From: a virus
Lineage: Duplodnaviria; Caudoviricetes
Direction: 5' to 3' (one strand)
Length of the DNA stretch: 61,974 nucleotides
Virus record (IMG/VR): IMGVR_UViG_3300046167_000270
Span: 1 to 61,974 of that record
A program made the translations under genes and the position numbers. The notes under the pieces were generated by a model. That model saw nothing but the letters and a program-made list of their open reading frames with translations, was not told where the DNA came from and did no database searches. Position 1 is the first letter of the stretch, and each line of letters opens with the position of its first letter. Below, one piece after another: positions 27,847-37,955 of the stretch.

Positions 27847-28737
27847 TTATATTAGTTCTAGGTTAACGTCAATTTCAGAATAATCAACTAATTCATATCC
27901 AGACTTATCTTTCCATACAGAAGTTTTAGGAAGCATAGGATCAAAAGACATAACTCCTTTAAACTTGCCGTGTCCATATTTAAATTTATTTATATATTCA
28001 AAAGTATATATATTTAAACCGCTACCAGATTTACCTACTAGTTCTATATTTTCTTTTAATCTAATATCACTACCAGCAATTGCCATACCAGCATTAGTTA
28101 TTCCACCTACTAACGCTTCAGTAGCAGCATCTCCGTAAGCTATTTCTTGTTGTTTATAAAAATCTTCTTTTTCTTCTACTCTAGCTAAGTCAGCAGTTGT
28201 TCTATCTTCTTGTCTGCTATACGCGTTTCCTTCTTCAGCAAAAGCAGCTTGTTGTATTGCTATTCTTTGTTTATTAGCGTCTGCTTCGCCTTGAGCTTTT
28301 TGCTTAGCATTAGCGACTTCTTGTTTTTCTATACTAGAAGCAATACCTTTTTTACTTTGTAAGGCAGCTCTAGCTAATGCAGTTGCACCACCAGCAGAAG
28401 CACCGGATGATGTCATAGCATCTAAAGTGTTTGCTAAAGCCATATCTGTTTGCTCGGCTTCAAACTCTGCAGCTGCTGTTGATACTGCTAGGTTTTCGTA
28501 AGGGTTACTTACTTGAGCAGCTAAAGCTCTAATATCATCAGCTTGATTTAAAACTGGCTGTCTATTAGCTCTCATCATTTTAGCTTCAGCTTCTCGCTCT
28601 GCAGACTCCTCAGCTGCGTCTTTCTTTTTTTTATTATTTATTCCAGCAGACACACCACCAGCTACTAAAGCTGTGGCCCCTGCTACAATTGCCGCGACAC
28701 CTACAGTGGCCTGCATATAAACTATTTCTAATATCAT
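27847..28737 (-). CDS. Putative DNA-pilot/ejection protein with C-terminal peptidase S74 domain
   Basis: Ala/Gly hydrophobic N-terminus, coiled coil, SDIRLKENI. Confidence 0.75.
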   Translation of the reverse strand: MILEIVYMQATVGVAAIVAGATALVAGGVSAGINNKKKKDAAEESAEREAEAKMMRANRQPVLNQADDIRALAAQVSNPYENLAVSTAAAEFEAEQTDMALANTLDAMTSSGASAGGATALARAALQSKKGIASSIEKQEVANAKQKAQGEADANKQRIAIQQAAFAEEGNAYSRQEDRTTADLARVEEKEDFYKQQEIAYGDAATEALVGGITNAGMAIAGSDIRLKENIELVGKSGSGLNIYTFEYINKFKYGHGKFKGVMSFDPMLPKTSVWKDKSGYELVDYSEIDVNLELI

Positions 28738-29237
28738 ATTTCTAGTTTTGGATGATTATAATTTTCACTAGTAACATCTTTAATAACATCTTCAACGTTT
28801 GTTTTGTCAGTTGGATGTACTGTTACCCATACACATTCTTCATCAATGTATAAAATTCTTTGTGTTCCTGGCTCTGTCATACCATGATGAGGAGCTTTTA
28901 TTTTAGTTAAACCTTTGTCTGAAACTACGGTGCATTCACCTGACATAACAAAATAAGGATGTCTTACTAAATGTATAGCACTAAGATATATCATACCTTT
29001 AGGCATTGTTATTTTTCTAATATAAGTACCTTCACCAAAATCATGCTCTAGTTTTCCACCATTGAAAGTATCTAATTCATCATTTTCTTTGTAAGACTTT
29101 CTAACTACAGAGCCTTCAAAATCTCTTATATTGTTTTGAAACTCAGTTATTTTTTCTCTAAATCCTATTTTATCAATTTCAAATTTACTTGCTAGTGAAA
29201 TAATGTCAGTAAGATTATCACTTGTTTTTTTATTCAT
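28734..29237 (-). CDS. Cupin-fold protein
   Basis: HDFGEGTYIRKITMPKG..IH..HP..GTQR..WVTVH. Confidence 0.7.
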   Translation of the reverse strand: MNKKTSDNLTDIISLASKFEIDKIGFREKITEFQNNIRDFEGSVVRKSYKENDELDTFNGGKLEHDFGEGTYIRKITMPKGMIYLSAIHLVRHPYFVMSGECTVVSDKGLTKIKAPHHGMTEPGTQRILYIDEECVWVTVHPTDKTNVEDVIKDVTSENYNHPKLEI

Positions 29238-29247
29238 TTAATTATAT

Positions 29248-31023
29248 TTAAGTCGAAGATACTATGTACTCAGATCCAGTAGCCCATAATTCTTTTACAC
29301 CTCCTAGTTCAGTACTATTATCTGTTTCTACAGTTACAGTTGCAAAATAACCTTTTATACCTGTCATATCTGCGCCAAACCTAACTTCACCTGGAGTTAC
29401 CGTAGAACTATTAACTATATTAGCTACATATCTATCTTCTTTTCTATCAAAACCAGCTCTTTGAGGTTGACCAGTAATTAAGTCAGTATAAAGACCTTCA
29501 TCGTAACTGTATATAAAAGAAGATGTATCTTGATCGTTAGAGTATAAACCTGTGTTTATGTTTAAGTTAGGCTCTGTAAAGCTAGAAACAAATGATGTTA
29601 CTTCCCAGCCACTGCTACCTTCATAATCTATTGTTTTAAACACCTTAACTGTAGAAGGTGAAGGATTAAAAACAAAAGTAACATTAGAAGGTTCTCTTAC
29701 ACCATAATATAGACCCCTATTGTTTGAAGTAGTTTCATCATAATGTTCATATAAGTCCGCGTTTGTAAAAGAATAAAAATTATTCTTTAAACTATTCATC
29801 ATTGCTGGTTTAAAAGTTTTAAAACTTACCCAACCTTTTATACTCTCATCAAAAGTTAAAGTTCTATAAGTATTCTTATTGTATGTATCAATTTGAGTAG
29901 GCGTATCTTGCATTGATACTAAATAGTTTTTATTATGTATATCCCAACCTCCAACAACTCTAGTTCTGTATGGATATGAAAACCTAAACTTAACATTGGA
30001 ACCAGCAGCTTGAGACACCCCAAGAGGAGAAGACATATAAACAGTAGAAGTAGTAACATTTATATCACTAACTTGCGTAACGTAACCTGGTAAATTTTGA
30101 AATACAGGATTAGCAACAGTAATATCTGGACAAAAAGAAACTATCATACCAGGTGTGATTGATGTAGATTCAAAAGAAGATGTTAATGAAGCATTAGACA
30201 TTATTATAGTTACATTAGCCGCAACAGTAGCGCTCTTTAAAGAGCCTTCAACAACGAAGTTTCTATTTTCAGATGACATTAAAGCTAGTTGATCTCTAAA
30301 GTAATCTGTCATACCATAAGCACTTATTTCAGTTAAACCGTCGTTTGAGAGTCTCATTATAGCATTTCTATCCTTGTCTGCAAAATATTTTCTATAACCG
30401 TAAACTGCAAAACTTTCTGGATTTTTGCTTATACCGTATTCTCCTTTATAAGGAACTATTTGACCTAAAATTCTTTGACCAGCTTGAGTCTGGGTACCAC
30501 CCTCGGTTGTATATATAGTATCTTTATCTATTAACGCTCTACTTACTTTGTCTTCTTGAAATACTATTAAGTTAGTATCTTCAGCATATATTCTCTGTAT
30601 AGAACCGTTTTGAGGATCTGCTGATCTAACTAAATCTTCAGCTACAGAAAATACATTTGTGTCATTAACACCTGTTCTTGAGTTATAAACACCTGAATAT
30701 ATTAATGAATTAAATCTGTGTTGCTGCTGAGGTTGTGGTTCATTTATATAGGCTTTTACACCTTTATCAGTAGCTTTGTTATTGTAACCACCTCTTATTC
30801 TAGATTCTTCAACGTAATAATTAAAATCAGAGTTAGTTATAGTACCAGGGTAAGCTACACCAGGGGCTAATGGGTAACCATCAGCTGGTATTAACATACC
30901 GCCAGGTACATTTGTTGAATTAGGCAAAGATTGTGGTGTTGTCAAATCTGATGCAAAATTATCATCTACGCCTTTTTTTAATAAATACGTGTTAAACCAA
31001 TCTATTTCTATAACTGTTGCCAT
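29248..31023 (-). CDS. Tail muzzle/stabilisation protein, C-terminal-like part
   Basis: VEESRIRGG, YGISKNPESF, KVFKTIDYEG, GIKGYF. Confidence 0.75.
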   Translation of the reverse strand: MATVIEIDWFNTYLLKKGVDDNFASDLTTPQSLPNSTNVPGGMLIPADGYPLAPGVAYPGTITNSDFNYYVEESRIRGGYNNKATDKGVKAYINEPQPQQQHRFNSLIYSGVYNSRTGVNDTNVFSVAEDLVRSADPQNGSIQRIYAEDTNLIVFQEDKVSRALIDKDTIYTTEGGTQTQAGQRILGQIVPYKGEYGISKNPESFAVYGYRKYFADKDRNAIMRLSNDGLTEISAYGMTDYFRDQLALMSSENRNFVVEGSLKSATVAANVTIIMSNASLTSSFESTSITPGMIVSFCPDITVANPVFQNLPGYVTQVSDINVTTSTVYMSSPLGVSQAAGSNVKFRFSYPYRTRVVGGWDIHNKNYLVSMQDTPTQIDTYNKNTYRTLTFDESIKGWVSFKTFKPAMMNSLKNNFYSFTNADLYEHYDETTSNNRGLYYGVREPSNVTFVFNPSPSTVKVFKTIDYEGSSGWEVTSFVSSFTEPNLNINTGLYSNDQDTSSFIYSYDEGLYTDLITGQPQRAGFDRKEDRYVANIVNSSTVTPGEVRFGADMTGIKGYFATVTVETDNSTELGGVKELWATGSEYIVSST

Positions 31024-31028
31024 ATTAA

Positions 31029-31040
31029 TATTATCACTTG
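31029..31040 (-). promoter_or_regulatory. Class II (late) promoter candidate CAAGTGATAATA
   Basis: Intergenic; related copies at 37944 and 57738. Confidence 0.55.
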
Positions 31041-31052
31041 TTTTTTATACTA

Positions 31053-34000
31053 TTAACCTCCTGGATTATTACCACTTGGGTATGCAACAACTACCGTCAT
31101 TGTTCTTACAGTACTAGTTAAACCATTTCCAGAGCCGTCTGTTACTGATATAGTATTTGTAAAAGTTCCGCTATAACCTGGTGGTACAAATCTTATTCTT
31201 TGCCTACTAAGCATTAAACCTGATGCTCCTCCAACTGTTGCTGTAGAAGTTCCACCAACACCTTCTCTTAAAGACCAAGTTCCACCACTAGGTTCTGCTC
31301 CTAAGTTCCATGAATTTTGTTGATCAGCCACCGTGTCATAAGCGCCATTTCTAGCATACAATGTTATTTCAATAAAGCTACCTTGTGAACTTGCACTTAA
31401 ATCAGAAGATGTAATTGCTGAACCATCAAGTCTAACTATTGTAGGCGTTGCGTTTATAATACTGCCTGTAAAGTTAAATGTGTTTGAATAAGATATACCA
31501 AGACTTATATTAGTAGCTGTAACAAAGAATGTAAACGTGTTTAGATTATTATTATTTTGGAAAAAACTAGCATTGTTGTTATATATATTTCCAGTTCCTG
31601 TTGGATTGTTAGTTAAACCAAAGTCTCCAGACACTATCGTGCCTGCAGCATTTTCAACTTTATCTAAATTAAAAACAACATTACCTAAAGCGCCGTTAAC
31701 ACCATTTAAACATGTAAATTGAGATATAAAAGTAAATGGTTGAACTGTTTCTGGAAAATTTACAGCTCCTTTGCCTATTCCTAACTGAGTAAAAAGTAAT
31801 TCAGTAGGTGCTGATAAAGCTGCGGCTGAGTTTATAGTGTCATTTAAATCTCTAATTAAACCTGATGTAGAAGTCTCCCAATATATATCTAAATTAGAAG
31901 TAGCTGGTTTAATTTCTATAACACTTATAGGCTGGCCAGCTACAGCTTCAGAAGACTCTGGTGTGGCTAAGTGAGCTTCTTGCAACTTAAACTTTAAAGG
32001 ATCAGTCCAAGATGTGCCAGTTCCACTAGTAGATGCTGGTATTGTTATTGTGTCACCTGCTTTATAACCAGTTCCTCTTACTTGAACTCTAACATACAAA
32101 GTAGATGGAGCAGCATATTCATAAGGAGAACTAAAACCACCGTTCGCGTCTGGACCTACTGACATTAATCTAACTCTCATGCCAGTTCCAGCACCATCTG
32201 TTGTTGTACCAACAGAATTAGCAGCGGGAGAAACACTAGAATTATTACTCCAATATCCCCAACCACTACTTGATGCTCCTGAAATTTTACCTACAAAACC
32301 ACTTGCTGATTCGTTTACCCACTCTATGTCTGGTTTTGGATATAAATTACCTTGCAATGGAACACCTCTGTTAGTGCCTGAGCTTCCACTTTGTGCATTT
32401 CCAAAAGTAACATCTACTTGATAAAAATTAACACCAGTTGAAGCCCAGTCAGCTCCAGTTAAATCAGGAACAAATACTGGATTGTTAGCAGGATTATTAA
32501 AAAATCCGCCAAAAGTAGTGCCATAAGTATTAAGTTTAGCTACAGTTGGATTACTAGAAGCATCAAATATACCAGCAGCTTTTATCGCAGCGCCATCAGC
32601 TCCGACACCGCTGTTTGTATTTATACCTAAATCTGATACTTTACCTATAGATTCTACTGTAAAAAATTTACTTCTTGTTATGTTTTCACCTGCTGAAACA
32701 TTTATCTGTCTTGTTTGATTAGTCCAATTTTGTTGAGCTACTCTTGGAAATAAAACCTCATCACTAGTTCTAAACTGAGTTTGCTCAGGTGTAGCGCTAG
32801 TAACATCAGAAGGTATTTTATTTATGTTGTCTGCTAATAGTGTTATATGACTTAAATTAGAGGCAGCTCCAATACTGTATTGAGTAGATCCCGCTAGAGC
32901 ATTAGGTAAATAAGCGTTATAATAATCTTCTTCAGATGCTTTTACTACTATCTTATAGCTGTACCAACCTAAAGGATTAGCATTACCTATTATCTCTATT
33001 GCAGTATTAGCACTAATTACTACATCTTTACTAAGTGTTATTGTTTTAGGGTTAGCAACGCTATCAAGAGCTATTATAGATACTGAAAAACTATTACCTT
33101 GGCTATCAGCACCTTTAACTATGCTACCAACTATTATATTGTTATCCCAAGTTACTAAAGTAAATATATTGTTAGAAGCGCCTTGGTTAACTGTTGCTTT
33201 TACTAAGCCGCTTCTATATAAACCTGGGTAGCCGCTAGCATATGAAACAGTTTCAGGTATAGGATTTTGCCAAAGCATTTTTATACTATCTCCAAACCAG
33301 TTATAAATATTTTCTGAAGACAATCTATAATTATGAAATATAGTTGAACCTGAAAATATAGCACCTCCTGATCCAGCAGGAAATTGTATTGTTTCATCAC
33401 CTAGTGAAGATAAAACTACATCAGATGATCTACCATACTTATCTTGAAGAACAACGCCTACTTGATAAGTTCTATTTTGTTTTACACTATGATTAGGATA
33501 TGCTAAAGCTGCAGATATGTTTGAGAACCCATTATTAGTACCGTTTGTAGAGTCTATTCTAAATTTTTCAGATACACTTACAGCATAGTTAAGAGTTAAA
33601 GGAGGAGTTGGCTTATCATAAAAGTTACCAAAAACTACTCTATTACCTGTTACAGATTGTGTCTTAGCTCTTACTGGAACTTTATCGTAAACCCTAACAA
33701 CCTCAGCATCAGTTAAGTTTCTAAAAGGCTTTCTTGATTGATAATTATAAGTTAATAAGTTAGTACTATTAGAACTTATTATTTCATCTGTGTTAGCAAA
33801 CGTGTCTAAAACTTTAACTTGTAATCCATCAGACTCTTTGTATAATATATCTATTTCAATTACTTTTAATTCAGAGTAAAGTTGATTAATTACATAGTCA
33901 CATGGTACTTGTATATCTACTTCTTGTACTCTATTTTCAAAAAAACTTACAATAGTAGATGTTCCTATTGCTTCTTCTTGAGAAGCAAAATCGCTAAATT

Positions 34001-35609
34001 GAAAAATGTCATAACGTTTATCTCCGTTTTGATAATCACTATCACCTGCATCTTTTTTACGAACAACTCTTTTGTTACCTAGCCCAGTTGTTAAATAACC
34101 ATCTTGTTTAGGTATGAAACAAGGTTGTGTAAATGGAGCTATTAAAGAGTATTCACCATCTTCGTACTTAAATCTATAACTAAATCTTACAAATTTTTCT
34201 TCTAAATAATCAGGATCACCAGGCCAATTTAAGTCGTAGTAAGGATTTGGATCTGAAAGTAATATCTTGTTAAAAGGTCTTAAATCATCTTTGTTAAAGG
34301 TTTTAGAAGTTGTAATACGATAAGCCCCTGTAAAAGGTGCTGGTGAAGTAGCAACTGCAGATACTAAAGTGTCGTCTGCTAAAACACCGTCTAAACCTGA
34401 AGCGGTGCTACCGCCAACGTTACAGCTAATCAACATACCTACTCTAGGTACACCATTAAAATAAGCATCAAATGTATTATTCAGTTGTTGAGGATAAGGA
34501 ATAACACCAGTTGAACTAGCTATATGACCAGCCATAGAAGGTGTTAAATACTTTTTGTTTTTAGTATATGATGTTGGATAATATATTTTTACTGTTTGAC
34601 TACTAAAAGTACTAGCTACAGTTGAAGATAAATTAACAGTAGTATCGTTTACTATATAAGATATTTGTATATTTTGGCTTTGCGTTTGAACTGATGAATC
34701 TAAAACCAAATACATACCAGCTTTTATAAGTGATGCAGAACTTGTTAATTTCCACGTTATAGTGTAATTTGTGCCGGTAGCATCGGCACCTGTTAAAGCG
34801 CTGCTTAAAACTATAGTCGAGCCATCGTAGCTAATTATGGTTGTATTAGAAGGTATATTACCTCCTGATATTGCCATACCTGCAAAAATATTGCCATTAG
34901 TAGTATTCACTTTAATACTAATATCACCGTTAGAACTACCACCGTCATTTTTAGCAGCCCCACCACCTATAGTTGCATCAGCGTTTGATGCATCAAAATT
35001 TAAAACTGTTATATTATCAAATAATATAGGTGTTTTATAAGGATAATACTTTGCTAAAGATATTTGATCTTCATTAAAATAGTGAGGTGAATTACTATCA
35101 GCGTTAGCACTCAAGGCTAGATTAACGTTTATTTTTCTAGGTTGATTACGATCGTCTGTAAAAAATAAAAGATCTTCTATTAGGTTTATATCAAGAATAG
35201 GATTAGTAGTAGAGAAATTTAAAAAATTACCTTTAACTAAATTTGAAGACTGATTATTATTTAAATCATATACAGCTATAGAACAATAAGCCCCAGACGG
35301 AGCGTAATTAACATTGACGGTATTTCCATTAACGTCTGTGTAGTTTGTTATAAAGACAAATATTCTTTCGTTTGTATAATCCATGAAAGAGCCAATTATA
35401 ACAGCACCATCTACTTGAGCTAAGTTCTCAACAGCAAAATTATTAAGTATTTTATTTCCTAAAACATTTTCCATTGCTCCAACGTCAGATCCTTCTGACT
35501 TACTAACGTTGATATTTTGAGCATCTCTATATTCTCCTTTAGACAATATTCTATCATCTAAGTCTTTGTTCATTTTAGACTTAATAAAAGTGTTTTGTAC
35601 TTTTGCCAT
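31053..35609 (-). CDS. Tail muzzle/stabilisation protein with inserted domains
   Basis: MNKDLDDR..GEYRDAQNI, LFFTDDRNQPRKIN, RFSYRFKY, RTYQVGVVL (crAss-type muzzle signatures). Confidence 0.8.
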   Translation of the reverse strand: MAKVQNTFIKSKMNKDLDDRILSKGEYRDAQNINVSKSEGSDVGAMENVLGNKILNNFAVENLAQVDGAVIIGSFMDYTNERIFVFITNYTDVNGNTVNVNYAPSGAYCSIAVYDLNNNQSSNLVKGNFLNFSTTNPILDINLIEDLLFFTDDRNQPRKINVNLALSANADSNSPHYFNEDQISLAKYYPYKTPILFDNITVLNFDASNADATIGGGAAKNDGGSSNGDISIKVNTTNGNIFAGMAISGGNIPSNTTIISYDGSTIVLSSALTGADATGTNYTITWKLTSSASLIKAGMYLVLDSSVQTQSQNIQISYIVNDTTVNLSSTVASTFSSQTVKIYYPTSYTKNKKYLTPSMAGHIASSTGVIPYPQQLNNTFDAYFNGVPRVGMLISCNVGGSTASGLDGVLADDTLVSAVATSPAPFTGAYRITTSKTFNKDDLRPFNKILLSDPNPYYDLNWPGDPDYLEEKFVRFSYRFKYEDGEYSLIAPFTQPCFIPKQDGYLTTGLGNKRVVRKKDAGDSDYQNGDKRYDIFQFSDFASQEEAIGTSTIVSFFENRVQEVDIQVPCDYVINQLYSELKVIEIDILYKESDGLQVKVLDTFANTDEIISSNSTNLLTYNYQSRKPFRNLTDAEVVRVYDKVPVRAKTQSVTGNRVVFGNFYDKPTPPLTLNYAVSVSEKFRIDSTNGTNNGFSNISAALAYPNHSVKQNRTYQVGVVLQDKYGRSSDVVLSSLGDETIQFPAGSGGAIFSGSTIFHNYRLSSENIYNWFGDSIKMLWQNPIPETVSYASGYPGLYRSGLVKATVNQGASNNIFTLVTWDNNIIVGSIVKGADSQGNSFSVSIIALDSVANPKTITLSKDVVISANTAIEIIGNANPLGWYSYKIVVKASEEDYYNAYLPNALAGSTQYSIGAASNLSHITLLADNINKIPSDVTSATPEQTQFRTSDEVLFPRVAQQNWTNQTRQINVSAGENITRSKFFTVESIGKVSDLGINTNSGVGADGAAIKAAGIFDASSNPTVAKLNTYGTTFGGFFNNPANNPVFVPDLTGADWASTGVNFYQVDVTFGNAQSGSSGTNRGVPLQGNLYPKPDIEWVNESASGFVGKISGASSSGWGYWSNNSSVSPAANSVGTTTDGAGTGMRVRLMSVGPDANGGFSSPYEYAAPSTLYVRVQVRGTGYKAGDTITIPASTSGTGTSWTDPLKFKLQEAHLATPESSEAVAGQPISVIEIKPATSNLDIYWETSTSGLIRDLNDTINSAAALSAPTELLFTQLGIGKGAVNFPETVQPFTFISQFTCLNGVNGALGNVVFNLDKVENAAGTIVSGDFGLTNNPTGTGNIYNNNASFFQNNNNLNTFTFFVTATNISLGISYSNTFNFTGSIINATPTIVRLDGSAITSSDLSASSQGSFIEITLYARNGAYDTVADQQNSWNLGAEPSGGTWSLREGVGGTSTATVGGASGLMLSRQRIRFVPPGYSGTFTNTISVTDGSGNGLTSTVRTMTVVVAYPSGNNPGG

Positions 35610-35614
35610 TTAAT

Positions 35615-36835
35615 TTAGTGTTTAATCCATTTAGACTTACCTCTCATAACTTGAGTAAACTCACCTATTTTTATATTACTTAATCTTATTTTAGCATTTC
35701 TAAGTTTAGCTGATTTTTCTTTTTTAAATCTTTGAACTATGTATTCTGGAGTTTTAGGTCTGTAAGCTATTATATTATATACCATGTATGAATATAATGC
35801 ATCCTCGGCCATCTTAGGCACCTTAGAATCAACATCATAAGCTAAGCCGTCTGATATATATTCTAAAGTAATTAATTTACCGTTTAAATCTCCACTAAAA
35901 GCAAAAACACCTCTTCTTTGATCTATTGTGAACCATCCATTTTTTTGAGAAGTAACAGGGTTTAATCCATATCTTTGACCGTAAGCCATCTTCCACCAAG
36001 CCCAATCATAAACGTTTGAACCATTGTTAACTTCATTACTAGTTATATTACCATTTATTAAACGATCATTAGCATCTCTCCATCTTTGATTAACTAATGA
36101 CTGATTAGCTTGTAAAGGATTTCCATATATGTCCTGAGTAGGTATACCGTCAGCATCTTGTATTGGTAAAAAAGTTGGGTTTATAGTTAAGTCAGTAGGA
36201 TATATTATATGCTTAACACCTAAAGAATCTATCCAAGATAGTTGCACATAATTAACATAGTCTTGTGGAAGAACTATAGATAAGTTAGCTGGAACTGTAA
36301 GCTCTTGTGTTTTAACACTTTTCAAAGTGTCATAACTAAACTCTTGTAACCCTCTTTTTGCGTGAAATATAACATCAGATCTTTTAACTCTACTTATAAC
36401 TTTGTCAGTACCTACATAAGCTACCATAAAATTATTAACAATATCTTTTAAAGTTATATATTCATATTCTTTATAGTTATCCCATAATGACTGACTTTTT
36501 AATCTTACAGTTATTAAAGAGCTATTAGGTATTGGAGTTGTTACACCACCAACAGGATTTGGCTGAGATGTTATAGTTAAAGTTTGAGTTTGAACACCAT
36601 TAGTAATAGTAGTAACTAATTCATGAGTTAAAAAATATGGAGATGTAGTAGGTGTTTGCTCTACATTGTCTACGTATATTTTGAAATTATCAAAAGAAGT
36701 TGGAGTAGCGCTTGTATTCCAAATTAATGGTGTCATAGTATCAGGCCAAATAACCGCGTTAGCTACATTGCCAGTAGGTGTATAAACTACTTGACCACTA
36801 TAATATTGTGAAGATGTTTGATCTATTAAACCCAT
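35615..36835 (-). CDS. Head-tail connector/ring (tail tubular) protein
   Basis: LPQDYVNYV, LEYISDG; position. Confidence 0.7.
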   Translation of the reverse strand: MGLIDQTSSQYYSGQVVYTPTGNVANAVIWPDTMTPLIWNTSATPTSFDNFKIYVDNVEQTPTTSPYFLTHELVTTITNGVQTQTLTITSQPNPVGGVTTPIPNSSLITVRLKSQSLWDNYKEYEYITLKDIVNNFMVAYVGTDKVISRVKRSDVIFHAKRGLQEFSYDTLKSVKTQELTVPANLSIVLPQDYVNYVQLSWIDSLGVKHIIYPTDLTINPTFLPIQDADGIPTQDIYGNPLQANQSLVNQRWRDANDRLINGNITSNEVNNGSNVYDWAWWKMAYGQRYGLNPVTSQKNGWFTIDQRRGVFAFSGDLNGKLITLEYISDGLAYDVDSKVPKMAEDALYSYMVYNIIAYRPKTPEYIVQRFKKEKSAKLRNAKIRLSNIKIGEFTQVMRGKSKWIKH

Positions 36836-36838
36836 GTT

Positions 36839-37903
36839 TTATTTTTTTGAATTTTGCTCGTCTAAAGTTTGTAAACCGCTAGCCGCTTGAATTATTTGTG
36901 TATCTTTTATAATTATACCTGCATATTTTAAAATACCTAATACAGCATCTACTTGTTGACTTTCGCTAATTTCAAATTGTATACTACCTTGTCCAGTATT
37001 ATTCATAAAATTTATTGAAGTTAACAAAACAACCACAGTAGTATTTAGACCAGTTATAAAACTATTTGTATTGAAAGTAAATTTATCCCCAACTTGATAG
37101 CCACTTCCTACAGAAGTAACTGATACGCTAGTAGTAGTAGATGACAAACTAACAGTTCCTGTTCCTACTATATTTACTGTAAATGCGGCGCCTGTTCCAC
37201 CAGGTCCAGTTACAGGTGTATATGCAACATTACCTTGTCCAGATCCTTGAGCAGCACTATATGTTCCAGCCGTTGCAGTAGCGCTACCAAAGTCTGTCTG
37301 AGCAGTTACATCTCCAATAGCTAAAGAAGTAGTGTTAAAATCAGTGCTATCATATATATATTGGCCTAAATTACCAACTGTATAGCCCCATCTAACATCT
37401 TTAGGTTTTCTAATATAATTAAAACTAACATCATCTTCTGCTGGTCCACTCAGTGGAGGAAATACTGTAATTTTGTTTTGTTGATATTTTGCTACTGGAA
37501 AAGTTGTACTTGGTTGTAGCAGTGGAGAAAGAACTTGCTCTCTATATTCTCTTGAAGTTAATATTTGTATAGGTGGTTGACCTACAGCTTTGGTGTATGT
37601 AACAGATCCAAATCTATGAAGGTCTGTAGGTTGAGTATAAACATTGTTATTATTTGCAGATGCAGGGTTTGTTTGTTCAAACACTTGAAATTCTTCTAAT
37701 ACATGATCTACTCTAGATGCAAATTCTTCATCTGTTTTAGGCATGCGTAAAAACTGGTTATAGTCTTCAAAAAACTTCTCAAATATTTCTAATTGAACTT
37801 GAGTAGCTAATTTATTAAACTCATCTGGAGTTAAATAGCCACGCTGTTCTTTATTGATAATGCTTAATACTGTTGTATATACCGTGTTTACGTTTATTGC
37901 CAT
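36839..37903 (-). CDS. Head-tail connector/ring protein with Gly/Thr-rich insertion
   Basis: NKEQRGYLTPDEFN, YIRKPKDVRWGY; start taken as MAINVN. Confidence 0.75.
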   Translation of the reverse strand: MAINVNTVYTTVLSIINKEQRGYLTPDEFNKLATQVQLEIFEKFFEDYNQFLRMPKTDEEFASRVDHVLEEFQVFEQTNPASANNNNVYTQPTDLHRFGSVTYTKAVGQPPIQILTSREYREQVLSPLLQPSTTFPVAKYQQNKITVFPPLSGPAEDDVSFNYIRKPKDVRWGYTVGNLGQYIYDSTDFNTTSLAIGDVTAQTDFGSATATAGTYSAAQGSGQGNVAYTPVTGPGGTGAAFTVNIVGTGTVSLSSTTTSVSVTSVGSGYQVGDKFTFNTNSFITGLNTTVVVLLTSINFMNNTGQGSIQFEISESQQVDAVLGILKYAGIIIKDTQIIQAASGLQTLDEQNSKK

Positions 37904-37915
37904 TTTAATATTTTT

Positions 37916-37940
37916 AAAAAAGGGTGGCATTAACCACCCT
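37916..37940 (-). terminator. Rho-independent terminator
   Basis: AGGGTGG-TTAATG-CCACCCT-TTTTT on the - strand. Confidence 0.65.
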
Positions 37941-37943
37941 ATT

Positions 37944-37955
37944 TATAATCACTTG
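37944..37955 (-). promoter_or_regulatory. Class II promoter candidate CAAGTGATTATA
   Basis: Intergenic motif repeat. Confidence 0.5.
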
